From: Eledone cirrhosa
Taxonomy: Eukaryota
Reading direction: 5' to 3'
Assembly: GCA_964016885.1 (NCBI GenBank)
Contig: OZ024743.1
Location: 40,238,001 to 40,302,000 of the forward strand
DNA length: 64,000 nt
The notes below the pieces were generated by a model. The model did not search any database. It was given only the letters and a program-made list of their open reading frames with translations, and was not told the origin of the DNA. The position numbers were made by a program, and so were the translations under genes. Of this stretch, positions 12,476 through 25,684 are shown one piece after another (positions within the stretch are counted from its first letter, which is position 1; every line of letters starts with the position of its first letter).

Positions 12476-14364
12476 CTATTTGTTCAGTCTTATGTTCGTT
12501 GATGTTTTGATTGGTGCTGGTATTATGTAGTCGTGCTGTGAAATGTCTGTGTGTTCAATTATGTAAGTAATTAGTTTCTTGTTGTGTGTATTTATTGCCG
12601 TGCATTTGTTTTTCTGAGGGTGGGGTGTGGTTCTGCTGTTTTCTTGTCGTTGTTGCTGGGTGTGTGTGTTTTGTTGTTGTGTTTGCGATGTTGGTGCTTG
12701 TGGTGGTGGTGTTGAAGGTGTTGTTGTTGTTGGCGGTGGGGTTTTCGCCGGTGGTGATGGTGGTGCTAGTGTGGTTGGTGATGGTGTTGGTGGTGTTGCT
12801 GCTGTGAGTCTCTTTGCAGTAGCCTTTACCCTTTTTTCATTTCTTTTATCCTTTTTCGAAGGCGACGATGCGCTGCTTCTGCGTTTGTGCCTTCTTACGA
12901 CCTTTTGCCATCCCTCTCCCACCTCACACTCCATGTCTGATTCTGTGAGGTCGGGGAGGGGTACCAGCTCCACTCTTTCAATTGTTGTTGTTGGTGATGT
13001 TTGGAGTGGAGTCTCTGTTGCAAGTGCATTTGGTATTGATGTTGTTGTTGTTAATACTTCCAATGCTGCTGCTGTTCTTGATTTCAGTGGCGTGGGTATG
13101 GCTGCCACGGACCTATCGTTCCTGGTTGCCGCTTGTCCTGTTGCTGGTAGCCGTGGAGCCGGTTTCGGAAGGAGGTTTTTTTTTTCCTTTCTCGGGGTCT
13201 TCTCGTTGCAGAAGGCCCTGAGGTGAGTCTTCGATCCACAGTGAAAGCATTTCGGGCGCTTGCCCTCAACAGTTATGGGCAGTTGAGTACCGTTATCGAA
13301 GTCTATCACATCCGGGATAGCTTCGATGCACTCCTGGTTGGTTTGGATTAACATCTCAATGGAGGTGCCGACCCAATCTTCTCTTACTTTTTTCTGTACT
13401 TGCAGTACAGTTGACTTGTCCTCGATTCCGACGAGGACAGACGCGGCCAGCCAAGAAGGGGCCATCCCGGCCCGGGGGGGGGGGGTCAGTTTGACCGACA
13501 CAATGTTTTGCCCGCAGTAGGAGGGCACCAACACCATTTCCTCGCTCCTTAGGGTCACTAAGGATTGAGCCTTTGCCTCCTGGGGTGTGGCAAAAAGCAC
13601 GTCTACGGTGGCATATTTCTTGCCTCGGGTGATGTGCGTTTTCCGCTGCCACACAGACCCTAAGGCTTTTTTGTATTTGAGCCTCTGTTGCTCTTTCAAC
13701 CCTACGGGATTTTGTGCTTACTGTACGGTACGTGACCGTACAGTGGTGTTGGGTTTCAAAAATATTTTCGGCTGCCTTGCAGATTGCTCGGTGTACGGTT
13801 TTCGTCACCGTCTTCTTCACTTCCTCTAATTCCTCATTTGTTATGAAGATGGTTTCCAGGTTCTTTGCGATACCTGCAAACGAGATTGGTTTTTCTTTGC
13901 TGCTGTTGTTGTTGTTGTTGCTGTTGTTGTCGTCAGAGCTGCTGTTACTTTTGTTGTTGCTGCAGGTACTACGGCTACTGCCGCCGCCGCTCTTGCTGTG
14001 GTTGTTGTTGCTGTTGCTGCTAATGCTGTTGTTGTTTATGCTGCTGCTGATGCTATTGCGGCTACTACTGTTGTTTTCCTTGTCACTGTTGCTGCTGCTG
14101 CTGTTATTACGGCTGCTACTGCTATTATTCCTGACGTCAGACGAATGAAATGGGTTTTCGTATTTCCCGCACACCTTTTTCAACCGTTGTCGTGGTCGTC
14201 GTGGAGAAATCTTGCACATTTTGCACGTGATTTTTCTTTTCTGGCGTCGCTTGCGAAAGAGAAGGGAGGGAGAGAGACAATCTTCTCTCTGCTGTAGTGA
14301 CGATTGAGGAAGAAGAAGACGGAATGAGTGGGAGTGACCTATTAAAATTCTTTTTCGGAGCCAT
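12476..14364 (-). pseudogene. Tx1-like ORF1 (gag-like nucleic-acid-binding protein), split by frameshifts
   Basis: CFHCGSKTHLRAFC knuckle, GWQKVVRRHKRR basic motif, low-complexity N/S and T/P tracts; pieces 14364-14137, ~14140-13700 and 13699-12476. Confidence 0.8.
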
Positions 14365-14586
14365 GTTTTTTTTTTTTGTTTAAAATAAATATTGGGCACA
14401 AAACCCCAATAAGCGGTTATTTAACTCCGAAGGGCCAAATAACGGACAGAAAGACCCCTCTCGCGAGGAGGAGGGTGTATTTGTCTACGATTTGGTTAAA
14501 GTTTTAAACAATTTACAATTGTTATAGCGGTCAAAATTTACAATATCTTACAGAGCCGAGCCTCCGTCAACCATAGCATTCAATAA

Positions 14587-14599
14587 AAATAATAATAAC

Positions 14600-14684
<85 letters not shown>
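14587..14684. repeat. (AAT)n microsatellite at the Tx1 5' junction
   Basis: Direct reading. Confidence 0.98.
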
Positions 14685-14687
<3 letters not shown>

Positions 14688-15340
14688 TTGCTCCCGTAAG
14701 TTTTTGATTTTTAACATATTTAAATCAATTGTGAAAGAACAATTCTTAGCACAAATGTTGCATAAATGCACCGAATGAGGTCCCATAAAGTTTCGGATCC
14801 ATATTATATTGTTGTATCGCTCAAATATTCAATTTTGTATTATATATTTTGTATTCAAAAAAAGAAAATGGTTATAAATGGAACAAAACACCCTCTGTCT
14901 ACACTATATAGAACAGCCAAATAGCAGCAATTTCAATTTCACCAACACCAGAAACTTGATACACTACCTATCCCATCACACTAAATATAACAGCCAGATA
15001 ACGGCAATTTCACCAGCATCATAATAATAATTACTATTATTATTGTCTCATATTTTAAAAAAATGTTTAATTCAAATTTTACGGGAATATGTCAACACAA
15101 AATATAATAAAAATATATATTAAACATACGAACACAAACTCATAGATACTATATCAGTAACCACAACACCACCGCTGCCACCACCCCACCGCATCCATCA
15201 TCGCCGCCACCACTCATTCAATGCTACTGACACTATTCCCCTGTTAACTTGAGAGAGAAAAGGGAAGGTGGCGGTATCACTATCACTAGACAAGAGAGAG
15301 GCTAGCAAAAGATATAAATAGATTGACTTGGTGACCTTGC
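14688..15340. repeat. Unclassified interspersed repeat, copy 1 (direct homolog of 19540-20330)
   Basis: ctcccgtaagttttt...ccctctgtctacactatatagaacagccaaata...atataaataga aligns by eye with 19541-20320. Confidence 0.85.
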
Positions 15341-15640
15341 CACCGGCCAAACGTCTACATCAACAATTATGGGACTGCTGGCTCACCCCTTCCTCACCAA
15401 CAATATACAAAGCCCCGGCACCACCACCGACATAGCCAACAACAATAACAGCCAACTACAACAAAAAGTATATTATATTATTGTAATGCACTGGGTGATT
15501 GCTGGCCTTGTGCCTGGAGTGGAGACAATTATTAATAATTTCATTCTTAAGCCACGCAATGCTCACATTAAGGAACCACTCATGATAATAACAATTAAAA
15601 AAAATAAAAAATTAAAAAAATACAACAAAAAGAAAACCCC

Positions 15641-18600
15641 GTGACCAAGAAATACCGGGATGGCGGCCGGCGGGGAATAGCCATGTCTCTAGGGGAGAAC
15701 GACCCCTCTAGTCTTGGTTGACACTCGTTCTAGAAGTGGTAACACGAAATGATTACCCCTTGGCGGATAAGGATAAAACGCGACAAAATAAAGTAAATGT
15801 CTAATGATAAAATCTCATACCGGATCGGCCGTCACCCGGGTAAAAAAGGGCCGCGTCCCTCAGAGAGGAACCAGACTGGGGTCTAAAAGTCAGCTAATGG
15901 TTCAAACCTTCCCATCACTTCGGAGCTAGAGACCTCCCATAACCGGAATACTCCTACTGTTGGCCCTCCATGCTCACCACCAAGAAATCCAAAGAAAAAG
16001 AGAGAAAAATGGTCAAGGGAAGATAATAAAGAAGTCCTTGAGGCTTTCTACACTGCCATGTACTACCCATCAAATACATCGAATACAGAAAAAACATATA
16101 TCAACTAGAAAAAGAAATATCCCGAAAACAGAGGCTATATTGACAGTAACAAACTAGCCAATATACGAAGAAATATTGTAAGAAAAAAGTTACTAACTGA
16201 TATAGAAATTGATCAGATCAAGCTAGTAGCACAAAGTCAGCGAAGGGAAAATGAAGCATGTGTCAGTGAAAACGAGGTAAACTGTAACACTTCGAATCCC
16301 AGGGTTGGGGCGGAATCACTGGCAACAGAACAAATTAAAGAAAGGAGCGAAAAAGTGGAAGGAGTGCATGCTCACGATGAAACTCCAAATGAAAATAATG
16401 AGATCGTAAATGATAAAGAAATGAATGAGAATGAACTTGCCAACTTGAAGGATGAAATTATGATCGAATGGATGAAAATGAAAGAATCTGACATGGGGCA
16501 ACGAGACACCCTCCCTAAGATCCAGAACTCCAAACAGAACCAAAGGATAATACACAAGACTAACATAATTCTCAAAAACATTATCATCACAAACAAACTA
16601 AACGTTACTGACTTAAATCATCTCTATTATGCATCGGCTAAAGTCACCACTCACTTATGAGGAGTGAAGATGAAAAAACAAAGGCATTCCCATAAGAAAT
16701 CTACTTGGCAAGATAACATGAATCGCCAAATAAACCTTCTCCGATCTGACATAGAAATGTTAACAAACTATAAAGTAGGTGAACATGTTAAACAAACTAA
16801 ACTTAGAAAATTGAAAAAAAAGTACAGTATAAGATCAACATGTGACATAGACATGCTGATAGAAACAATCAAGCAAAAAGTGTCGGCCAAAGCTGCTCGT
16901 ATAAGGCGCTTTGAAAAACGATCTAGATTCTATAAGGACAATAATATGTTCAAAAACAACCAAAGAAACTTCTACAGAAAAATTGGTAAGTCAATAATAA
17001 CTGCTAAATCAATACCACCCAAGGAGGAAGTGCAAGAATTCTGGGAAAAGATCTGGGCCGAAGAAAAAGTTCATAACATACATACCCCATGGATAGACAG
17101 AAAAATGAAAGAAACAGCTCACCTTGAAGAACAAACATGGGAAAATATAACAGTTGAACAGTTGCGCTCGGCTCTAAGAAAAACCAGCAAATGGAAATCC
17201 CCAGACAAAATACAAAACTTTTGGAGAAATGCCTTCACAGAGTCTCATGAGCTGTTAGCCCAACTTTACAATGAAATAGTTAAGGAGCCAGAAAAGATAC
17301 CATCATGGCTAGTTAACGGCATTACATTCCTGCTACCGAAGAATGATGAGACAAACAATCCCAAAAATTACAGACCGATAACCTGCTTGACCACAATGTA
17401 TAACATTTTAACATCAGTCCTAACTGAATACACATATGACCACCTGATAACAAATGACCTATTTCCCATTGAGCAGAAAGAGTGTAAACGAGGCTCATAT
17501 GGCTGTAAGGATCAGCTTCTGGTTAACAAAATGATACTGGAAGATTGTCATAATAGACACAAAAATCTATCGATTGCTTGGTTAGATTATAAAAAAGCAT
17601 TCGATAGTTTGCCACACAGTTGGATTGAAAAATATTTAGAGATTTTCAAAATATCCCCCGTTGTCAGGAGGTTTTTGTCATTCAGTATGAAGACATGGAG
17701 AACGACACTCCTTTTGATTAGTTAAACAAAATCACTGGAAGCTGGAGAAGTTAATATTAATTGTGGAATTTTTCAGGGTGACTCTTTATCACCGGTTTTA
17801 TTCTGCATCGCACTTATACCATTAAGTAAAATGCTCAATGAAACAAAACATGGATATAGAGTCTATGACAAAACCATTAATCACCTGTTCTACATGGATG
17901 ACCTGAAATTATTTGCAAAAAATGATGAACAATTGCAAGGGCTATTATCCACTGTGAAGCAGTTCAGTGATGACATTAAAATGGAGTTTGGACTCGATAA
18001 ATGCGCCAAAGCAACGTTCACCAGAGGAAAGCTGCTGAAGAGTTCAGACATTAATCTTGATCGGGGGAACGTGATAAGAGAGCTTGATCAAGAAAAAACT
18101 TACAAATATCTAGGTGTTTGTGAAGGAGACGGAATCAAGCACTCGACAATGAGGGAAAGGATAAGGAAGGAATGTTACCGCAGAGTCAGAGCAATCTTAA
18201 GAACGGAATTGAATGCAAGGAATAGGATCGATGCCATAAACACGCTTGCCATACCAGTAGTAACCTACAGTTACAATGTCATCAACTGGTCAAGCACAGA
18301 GATCCGTAGGCTCGATACAAAAATCCGAAAATTATTATCCATGCACAGAATGCATCACCCTAAGGCAGACATAGATAGAATATATCTCCCTAGGAAAGAA
18401 GGAGGACGTGGGTTAATCCAGTTAGACATTGCGTTGAAAACTGCAACAATTGGATTATCCACATATCTAAGGGAATCACATGATTGGATGATCAAACTCG
18501 TTTTGAAACACGAAAGCACCAAAAGATCATATTCCATTACAAAAGATGCACAAAGATACAGTAATGGACTACAAATGTCAGAAGTCCCATTTACTGCTGA

Positions 18601-19543
18601 AATGGAAAACACAGAAAAAGCAAAGCAGGTAAAAGTAACTGCAAAGAAAGAACTGCTACAGAAACTGGCTAAGAAATGGCAAGAAAAGCCTCTGTATGGA
18701 TAATACCCAGAACGAGCTAACAATCCTGATGTTGACAAAACTTTAACCCATCAGTGGTTGGCATCCTCTGGACTGAAATCGGAGACTGAAGGACTGATTA
18801 TATCGGCACAACACCAGTGTCTGCCAACAAAAAATTACCAAGCCGACATAATAAAAAATGGGTGCAGCCCATTATGCCGTGTATGCAAAAAACAACCAGA
18901 GACCATTGACCATATAATTTCAATGTGCAGTCCTATAGCTCCAACCGAATACCTAAACAGGCATGACAGAGCTGCACAATACATACATTGGATAATGTGT
19001 AAGCATTTTGACCTGCCCCATCAAAAGAATTGGTGGGAGCATCAACCAGCTCCCATACTTGAAAAAGATCACATCTCAATCTTGTGGAACTTTAGCATCC
19101 AAACAGACCGAAAAATAGATGCAAATAGACCTGATATAATATTGAAGGACTTTCAAATGAGGGAATGCCTGCTAATTGATATGTCTGTTCCAATAGACAA
19201 GAATGTATCTATAAAAACATTTGAAAAATTGAGCAAGTATAAGGACCTGGAGATAGAAATTGGAAAAATGTGGAAATTCAGAACTAAAACAATACCAGTG
19301 GTTGTAGGCGCTCTGGGAATGATACCTAAGGGGTCTACCGACTACTTATCGCAAATCCCAGGAAACCCGCGTATAGGAGAAATACAAAAAATAGTACTAA
19401 TGGGAACTGCCCATATACTAAGGAAGATCCTGTCAATATAAATACATCACAAGTCTAAACACTAAGGATGCCTGTGTGAATATGTATGTTCTTTCTTGAA
19501 CATGGCGGACCTTGTTGTCTCTTGAGGTCACTGGTTGTGCCTC
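15641..19543 (+). mobile_element. Dong/R4-clade RLE non-LTR retrotransposon, copy 1 (near full length, decayed)
   Basis: Broken single ORF ~15797-19441: WKSPD, NYRPITCL, WLDYKKAFD, GIFQGDSLS, FYMDD, KYLG, CRVCKKQPETIDHIISMC, RHD, RPD, KLSKYKDL, PVVVGALG. No APE domain. Confidence 0.92.
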
Positions 19544-20330
19544 CCGTAAGTTTTGATTTTTTAACATATTTAAATCAATTGTGAAATAACAATTCTTAGT
19601 ACAAATGTTGCATAAAACATCCAGCTTGAGTCCCAAAAAATTCGGATCCACTATATATTGTTATATTGCTCAAATATTCAATTTTGTATTATACATTTTA
19701 TATTCAAATAGAAAATGGTTATAAATGGAAGAAAATCCCCTCTGTCTACACTATATAGAACAGCCAAATAACAGCAATTTCACCAACATCATAAACTAGA
19801 TACACCACCTACCCCATCACCCCTCTGTGTACACTAAACACAACAGCCCGATAACGGCAATTTCACCACCACCACCACCAATCTCAGCATGATAATAATA
19901 ATTACTATTACTATTGCCTCAAGTTTTAGTTTTAACAAAATGTTTAATTCCAATTATGGATAAATGTCAACACATACGCGACTAACGATAATTTCACTAA
20001 AGATAATTTCACCACCAATACCACCACCACTACCACGATGAAAACTCTGGTCAAGTCGACTCAAATTTCTACTCCAACTTCAACACCATCACTACAGTAA
20101 TACGACCACATCGCCACCACCGATGCCTCACTATCGCTACCGCCGCTATTCTCTCCCACTACCTCCTGCTAGTTGCTGCTAGCACAGCACCGCCACCGCC
20201 GCCGCTGCCTCAATATCACTACCGCCGCTATTCTCTCCCGCTACCCCCTGCTACATTGTAGAATTCTCACTAAAAGAGGAAAACATCGAAATATATAAAT
20301 AGACTGAATTGATGACCCGGTCAAAATAAA
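19541..20330. repeat. Unclassified interspersed repeat, copy 2
   Basis: Homologous to 14688-15340; begins at the 3' end of the Dong element. Confidence 0.85.
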
Positions 20331-20780
20331 AAAAAAACAATAATCAAAATCAAGTTTTAGTTTTAACAAAATGTTTAATTCCAATATTATGGGTAAATGT
20401 CAACACATATACGCAACTAACGATAATTTCACTAAAGATAACTTCAGCACCAATACCACCACCACTACCACGATGAAAACTCTGGTCAAGTCGACTCAAA
20501 TTTCTACTCCAACTTCAACACCATCACTACAGTAATACGACCACATCACCACCACCGCTGCCTCACTATCGCTACCGCCGCTATTCTCTCCCACTACCTC
20601 CTGCTAATTGCTGCTAGCACAGCACCGCCACCACCGCCACCACCGCCGCTGCTGCCTTAATATCACAACCGCCGCTATTCTCTCCCGCTATCCCCTGCTA
20701 CATTGTAGAATTCCCACTAAAAGAGGAAAACATCAAAATATATAAATAGACTGAATTGATGACTCGGTCAAAATCAAAAA
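19920..20780. repeat. Tandem duplication, ~420-bp unit x2
   Basis: 19920-20330 and 20351-20775 both run caagttttagttttaacaaaatg...agactgaattgatgac with few differences. Confidence 0.92.
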
Positions 20781-21029
20781 CAAAAAAACAAAAAAAAACA
20801 AAAAAATCAAAATCAAAGCAGCACAGCAACACCGAAAAACGTAAAGGAAATAAAAATGAAGAGAAAAACAAACGGAAGGACAGAGAAGGGAAGGGAAAAA
20901 CTAAGTCAGACATTCAAACACTACATTACAATGAAACTTATGCTTATTCATTTTTGGGTTTTTTTCTGCCTGTTTGTTTGTTTGTTTGGGTTCGTCTACA
21001 GCGTGATAATGCCACACAAAAGTCACGTG

Positions 21030-23682
21030 GAGTGACGAAACCATCGGAGACAAGTAATTCACCGGTGGTTATGTAACCATACATTCGCCAATCCTCGATA
21101 AGAGTGTTTAAATGTCGAACCTAAACAGTTCGAATAACGGTGACATGGAGACTAGAATGTCATGTGACAGACTCTCACCCAACAGGTGCTCCCTGGCTCA
21201 GCAGCAGGGACCTGGCTGTCAACCAGATACTGCTGGTGCCGGAGGAAGAAGAAGAAGGAAAGGGACCAGAACCAACTGGACGAAAGAATTGAATAGAACT
21301 GTTATGCAATGTTACCTGAAGAGTAACCCCAAGGAGAAAGGCTATAGGAAAAGGATGCATAACATCTGGAACGAGATTGGTCCATTTAAATTAGATGAAC
21401 AAAAACTGGCCGGGCAGGCTCGGGTAATAAGAACTAATGGGTGGATAAGCGAGCTGGAACTGGAGGAACTGGGGAGAGAGATTAGCTTGGAGATGGAGGC
21501 TGGAGTATGCCAGGCAAACGAGCCAGTGGGAAATGAAGGTGAAGAGGTCGAGAGAACGGATGAACCACCCGAAACAGACAATGATCTGAATGCTGAGATA
21601 AATAATACCTGGAACAGAGATACGGCCTACTGAGGAGATGAATGCTGACGGGCTAGGACAAGATTTGGTTGATATCTTTAAACTTAGTGGTAGATGAATT
21701 TAACAATGATACTGGGAGATCTATGAACATAAGATTTGTATACAGGAAAAAGTTAAAAGAAACAACAGCTAAGGTAAACAAAGTCATCCCATACCTTGAG
21801 GCGAGGAGCCTTCACTAGTGCAACAATATCCTCAAAACAACAGCAAATACACTGAGGAAACTACTTGGTATAAAAGCGAGAGGAAACAACAGACAAGAAA
21901 GAGCAGAGCCTTGGTGGAAGAAACGACTGAGTGGTCAAATCAGAGAAATGAGAAATGACATTGGAAAGCTTGAGTCCCTACTGAATGGGACACTAAAAAA
22001 CATAGACACTAAAAATAGACTGGAAATAAAGTACAAAACTAGGAGGAAAAAGCTAAATATTATCATAGAGGAACGGAAGCAACGCATTGTAGCAAAGAGT
22101 GCAAAAATCAGGCGATACGGGGTATTGGATTAAAAACATAACATCCCTCCACCCGAAACTGACAACCATGTTCAATGACTGCTTGATGTCAGGTGAGGTA
22201 CCAGAGTCGTTGACAAAATGTACCACAGTTCTGATAATGAAAGACCGAATCAAGGGTAATGATGTTACCAACTATATACCTATCACATGTCTGTCCGTAA
22301 TGTGGAAACTGTTGACAAGCATTATGTCTGAGGAAATCTACCATCACCTCCACACAAACAACTTGTTACCGGACGAACAGAAAGGATGCCGAAAGAAGTC
22401 ACGTGGTACAAAGGACCAGTTACTTATTGATAAGATGGTAATGAGGAATTGCAAGAGGAGACACACTGGTCTTGCCATGGGATGGATAGACTACAAAAAG
22501 GCATTTGACATGGTGCCTCATTCTTGGATCACCAAAAGCCTGGAGATCTTCAAGGTGGCAGATAACATCAGGCAGTTGTTGGGCAAAAGTATGAAGTCCT
22601 GGGAAACAGAGTTAAAATCAACAAGAGAATCCTTGGGAAGCGTGAAGATCAAGAGAGGTATCTTCCAGGGAGATAGTCTGTCCCCTCTGTTGTTTGTCCT
22701 TGCCCTGATGCCCCTGAGCAGTGTACTGCGAAAAGTGAGAGCAGGATACAGGTTGGGAAAGGGAGGGCTTACCATCAATCACCTCATCTTCATGGACGAT
22801 CTTAAGCTCTTCGGGAAGAGTGAGAAGGAGTTGGATGTGCTTGTTGACACTGTCCGTATTTTCAGCAATGATATATGTATGCAATTTGGTATTAGTAAGT
22901 GTGGAGTCATTGTGATGAGGGGGGGTAAGTTGAGCAGAAGTAATGGAATCCAGATACCAACAGGTGAGATGATAAAAGAAATTGACTCTGAGGAAGGATA
23001 CAAGTATTTGGGCGTTCTGGATGCTGATGACATCAAGAACAAAAAAATGAAGGAATTGATAAGAACTGAATACCTTTGGAGAGTAAGGAGCGTATTAAAG
23101 TCACATCTGAACAGTAGGAATGCCATAAGTGCAGTAAATTCCCGAGCTGTGTCTATTATTAGGTACAGTGCGGGAATTATGAGATGGAACGTTGCTGAAC
23201 AAAAAGAAATGGATAGGAAGACTAGGAAGTTATTGACTATCTACAATATGTTCCACAAGAGGAGTGATGTCGATAGACTCTACTTAAGGAGATCTGAGGG
23301 TGGAAGAGGTCCTATCAGCATAGAGGACTGTGTTCAGATGGAGAAAAAAACCTACACAAATACGTGACTGATAGTAAGGAGCCAATGCTCAGAACTGTAC
23401 TGAAGGAGGGGACAATAGGCCAGGTGATGTCCAAGGAGGAAATAACATCATGGAGAAAGAGCAGCCTTCAGGAAAAATCCCTTCATAGTACCTTCTTTGA
23501 GAAAACTGAATTTAGAGATCCACAGACATGGAACTGGTTGAAAAGAGGAGACCTTAAAAAGGCTACAGAAGGAATGTTAATGGCTGCGCAGGAGCAGGCC
23601 CTCAAAACGAAGGGGTTGAAACACTACATTTACAAGGAGGAGGCTAGCCCACTGTGCAGGATCTGTGGAGAGAGAGATATGT
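21030..23682 (+). mobile_element. Dong/R4-clade LINE, copy 2 (second family; internal deletion, 3' truncated)
   Basis: NWTKELNRTVMQCY, WIDYKKAFD, GIFQGDSLSP, FMDD, KYLG; ends at CRICGERD; closely similar to 42976-46247. Confidence 0.92.
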
Positions 23683-24117
23683 GGTTTTGAACTGTGTTTC
23701 GTTTTTTATTAAATATCTAATGCATTGTTTAAACAAAATATGAATACTCAAACGAGTGAAAAATGAAATGTTTAATACATAGTTATATAAATTATTGATG
23801 AAATATATGAAATTATCTTCGCCACAAAGTAAATGCAGAAATAAATACTTTAAAAAATGAAAAGAAATTAAGAAATTAAAAGCTAAATTTTAAAAGTAAA
23901 TCCATCGAAAAATTATATAATAGTTTAACGAGTAAATACGTTTATACAAATTTGGTAAACAGAACGCAGTGTGTGATATTGCATACATTTCAGGTAAAAA
24001 TAAAACCGACGTTCTCTAACATACGTCAATGATGGCATGAATGATAATGACTTGTATTGCGAAAAGGATATGTTGCTGGTAACTGAATTTGATGATGGTG
24101 AAGGTGAAATTTAATTT

Positions 24118-24158
<41 letters not shown>

Positions 24159-24324
24159 TCACCACCAGCACTACTACTACTATTACTACAAACACGTGCA
24201 ACAACAGAAGTTTAGGAAAGTGAGTTCCCAACATTGCAAACAATTGACAATTAGCACAAGAACAATAAAACATCTTCACCAGCAGCACCGCAGCCCAAAC
24301 TCCAATACTAAAACAACAAGAAAT

Positions 24325-24620
24325 ATACTGATTTCTGCTCTAGGCATTAGGCCACAATTTTGTGGAGTGGGAAATGTCGATTAAATTTACCCCAGTTTTA
24401 TCGACCACGCAAGTATGAAAGGCAAATCTACCCTCGGCTGGATTTGAACTCAGAATATAAAGGGCCGTAACTACCTACCACAAAGTATTTTCTCCGACAC
24501 TCTATCAACTCTGCCAATCCAAAGATAATACTGAATATTATTGTTTCTACTTCTGGCACAAGGCCAGCAATTACTGGTGCATTATCTTTTCGACCCGGTA
24601 TGTATGAAAGGCAAAGTTAA
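24325..24620 (-). mobile_element. Two degenerate or partial family A SINE copies
   Basis: atgaaaggcaaa, gatttgaactcaga and ggcacaaggccagc motifs. Confidence 0.7.
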
Positions 24621-25647
24621 AATAATAACAATACTTTTGGAACCAAGGATGCGAAAGCAGTAGAACGCTTTCAGATGAGTATAGCAGATAAAGATACATG
24701 TTTGGCACACGATATATTGCCCCTGTGGACATTACATTTCACTTTACAATCTGAGTATTCGGACTCATGCCTCAGTAAAGAAGAGTAACTTGTTTCTCTC
24801 TCTCCAAAGTTTTACTGGACGGGGCACAAACGTGCGGCTTTTCTTAATTTAGTCTGTTCTTTTCCAGACACACCTACCTCTCTTACACCAACATAAATCC
24901 ACTACCACTTCACTAATAAACATAGGTACGAAAAATGCATATACATAAACACCACAATTAATTACTTAACTAGTTACACCTACAAAACAAAAGAGGTACC
25001 TTTAAAATTACTAACGCTACGAATTAAAAAAATAGCTAATTGACACTACTAAAAGACCACTCTCACACCAACACATACGAATAGTCCAAGCTCCCAACAA
25101 TATATGGACATACACGTGAACATATACCCACCAACACGAACATTGGCAAATAAATATAATTAATTTTACTAACGTTACTAATTAACTAACTATTCACACT
25201 AGAAAAACAACTGTACTATACGACCAACATAAACAGTAACACTGCATTCCTTTGCATTTTAGTAAACATGCTTGCACACATACACTGACACCAAACCAAA
25301 TATCGGCACAACAGCTCATTCTCACAGTGACCCCTTTAATTATTATATCTACTCATTCTGTGTGACCACACCTTCACCCCATACAACTTCCGCTCTTAGT
25401 GCTCTATACTCAGACACCTCACCCAAATTTCCTCTGGCTACTTCCTGAAATAGCCAGGTTCTGACCGCTATACACCATTCCTTCCCACATTCTTCGATTC
25501 CATATACCACTTCTAACCATTCAGTCTGGTGTGGCCTCGACCACATCACAAAACAATGAATAGACTTTGAAAGCTCTATTATAGAATTAGGGACGCTAGC
25601 CGGTGTGTCCTACCATCCGGGATCAGAATACGCAAAATATCGCTCTG

Positions 25648-25682
<35 letters not shown>

Positions 25683-25684
25683 AT

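Larger units (their letters stand above)
8575..14582 (-). mobile_element. Near-full-length Tx1/L1-clade non-LTR retrotransposon (decayed)
   Basis: 5'UTR, ORF1 with CCHC knuckle, ORF2 with APE endonuclease, RT and C-terminal CCHC, 3'UTR with AATAAA; AAT/ATT repeats on both sides. Confidence 0.92.

Noticed and set aside
12586-14297. Plus-strand ORFs rich in V/L/G
   Set aside because: Antisense shadows of the low-complexity Tx1 ORF1.
14441-14480. CCTCCTCGC (HDV L3-like) in the Tx1 5'UTR, minus strand
   Set aside because: No matching P1 5' strand or P1.1 GG found; it folds as a simple hairpin.
15820-15860. Twister-like string GCCGTCACCCGGGTAAAAAAGGG
   Set aside because: Lies in the Dong ORF N-terminus and lacks the twister pseudoknot pairings.
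14688-20330. LTR retrotransposon interpretation
   Set aside because: The internal ORF is a non-LTR RLE type; the repeats are diverged and lack TG...CA, PBS and PPT.
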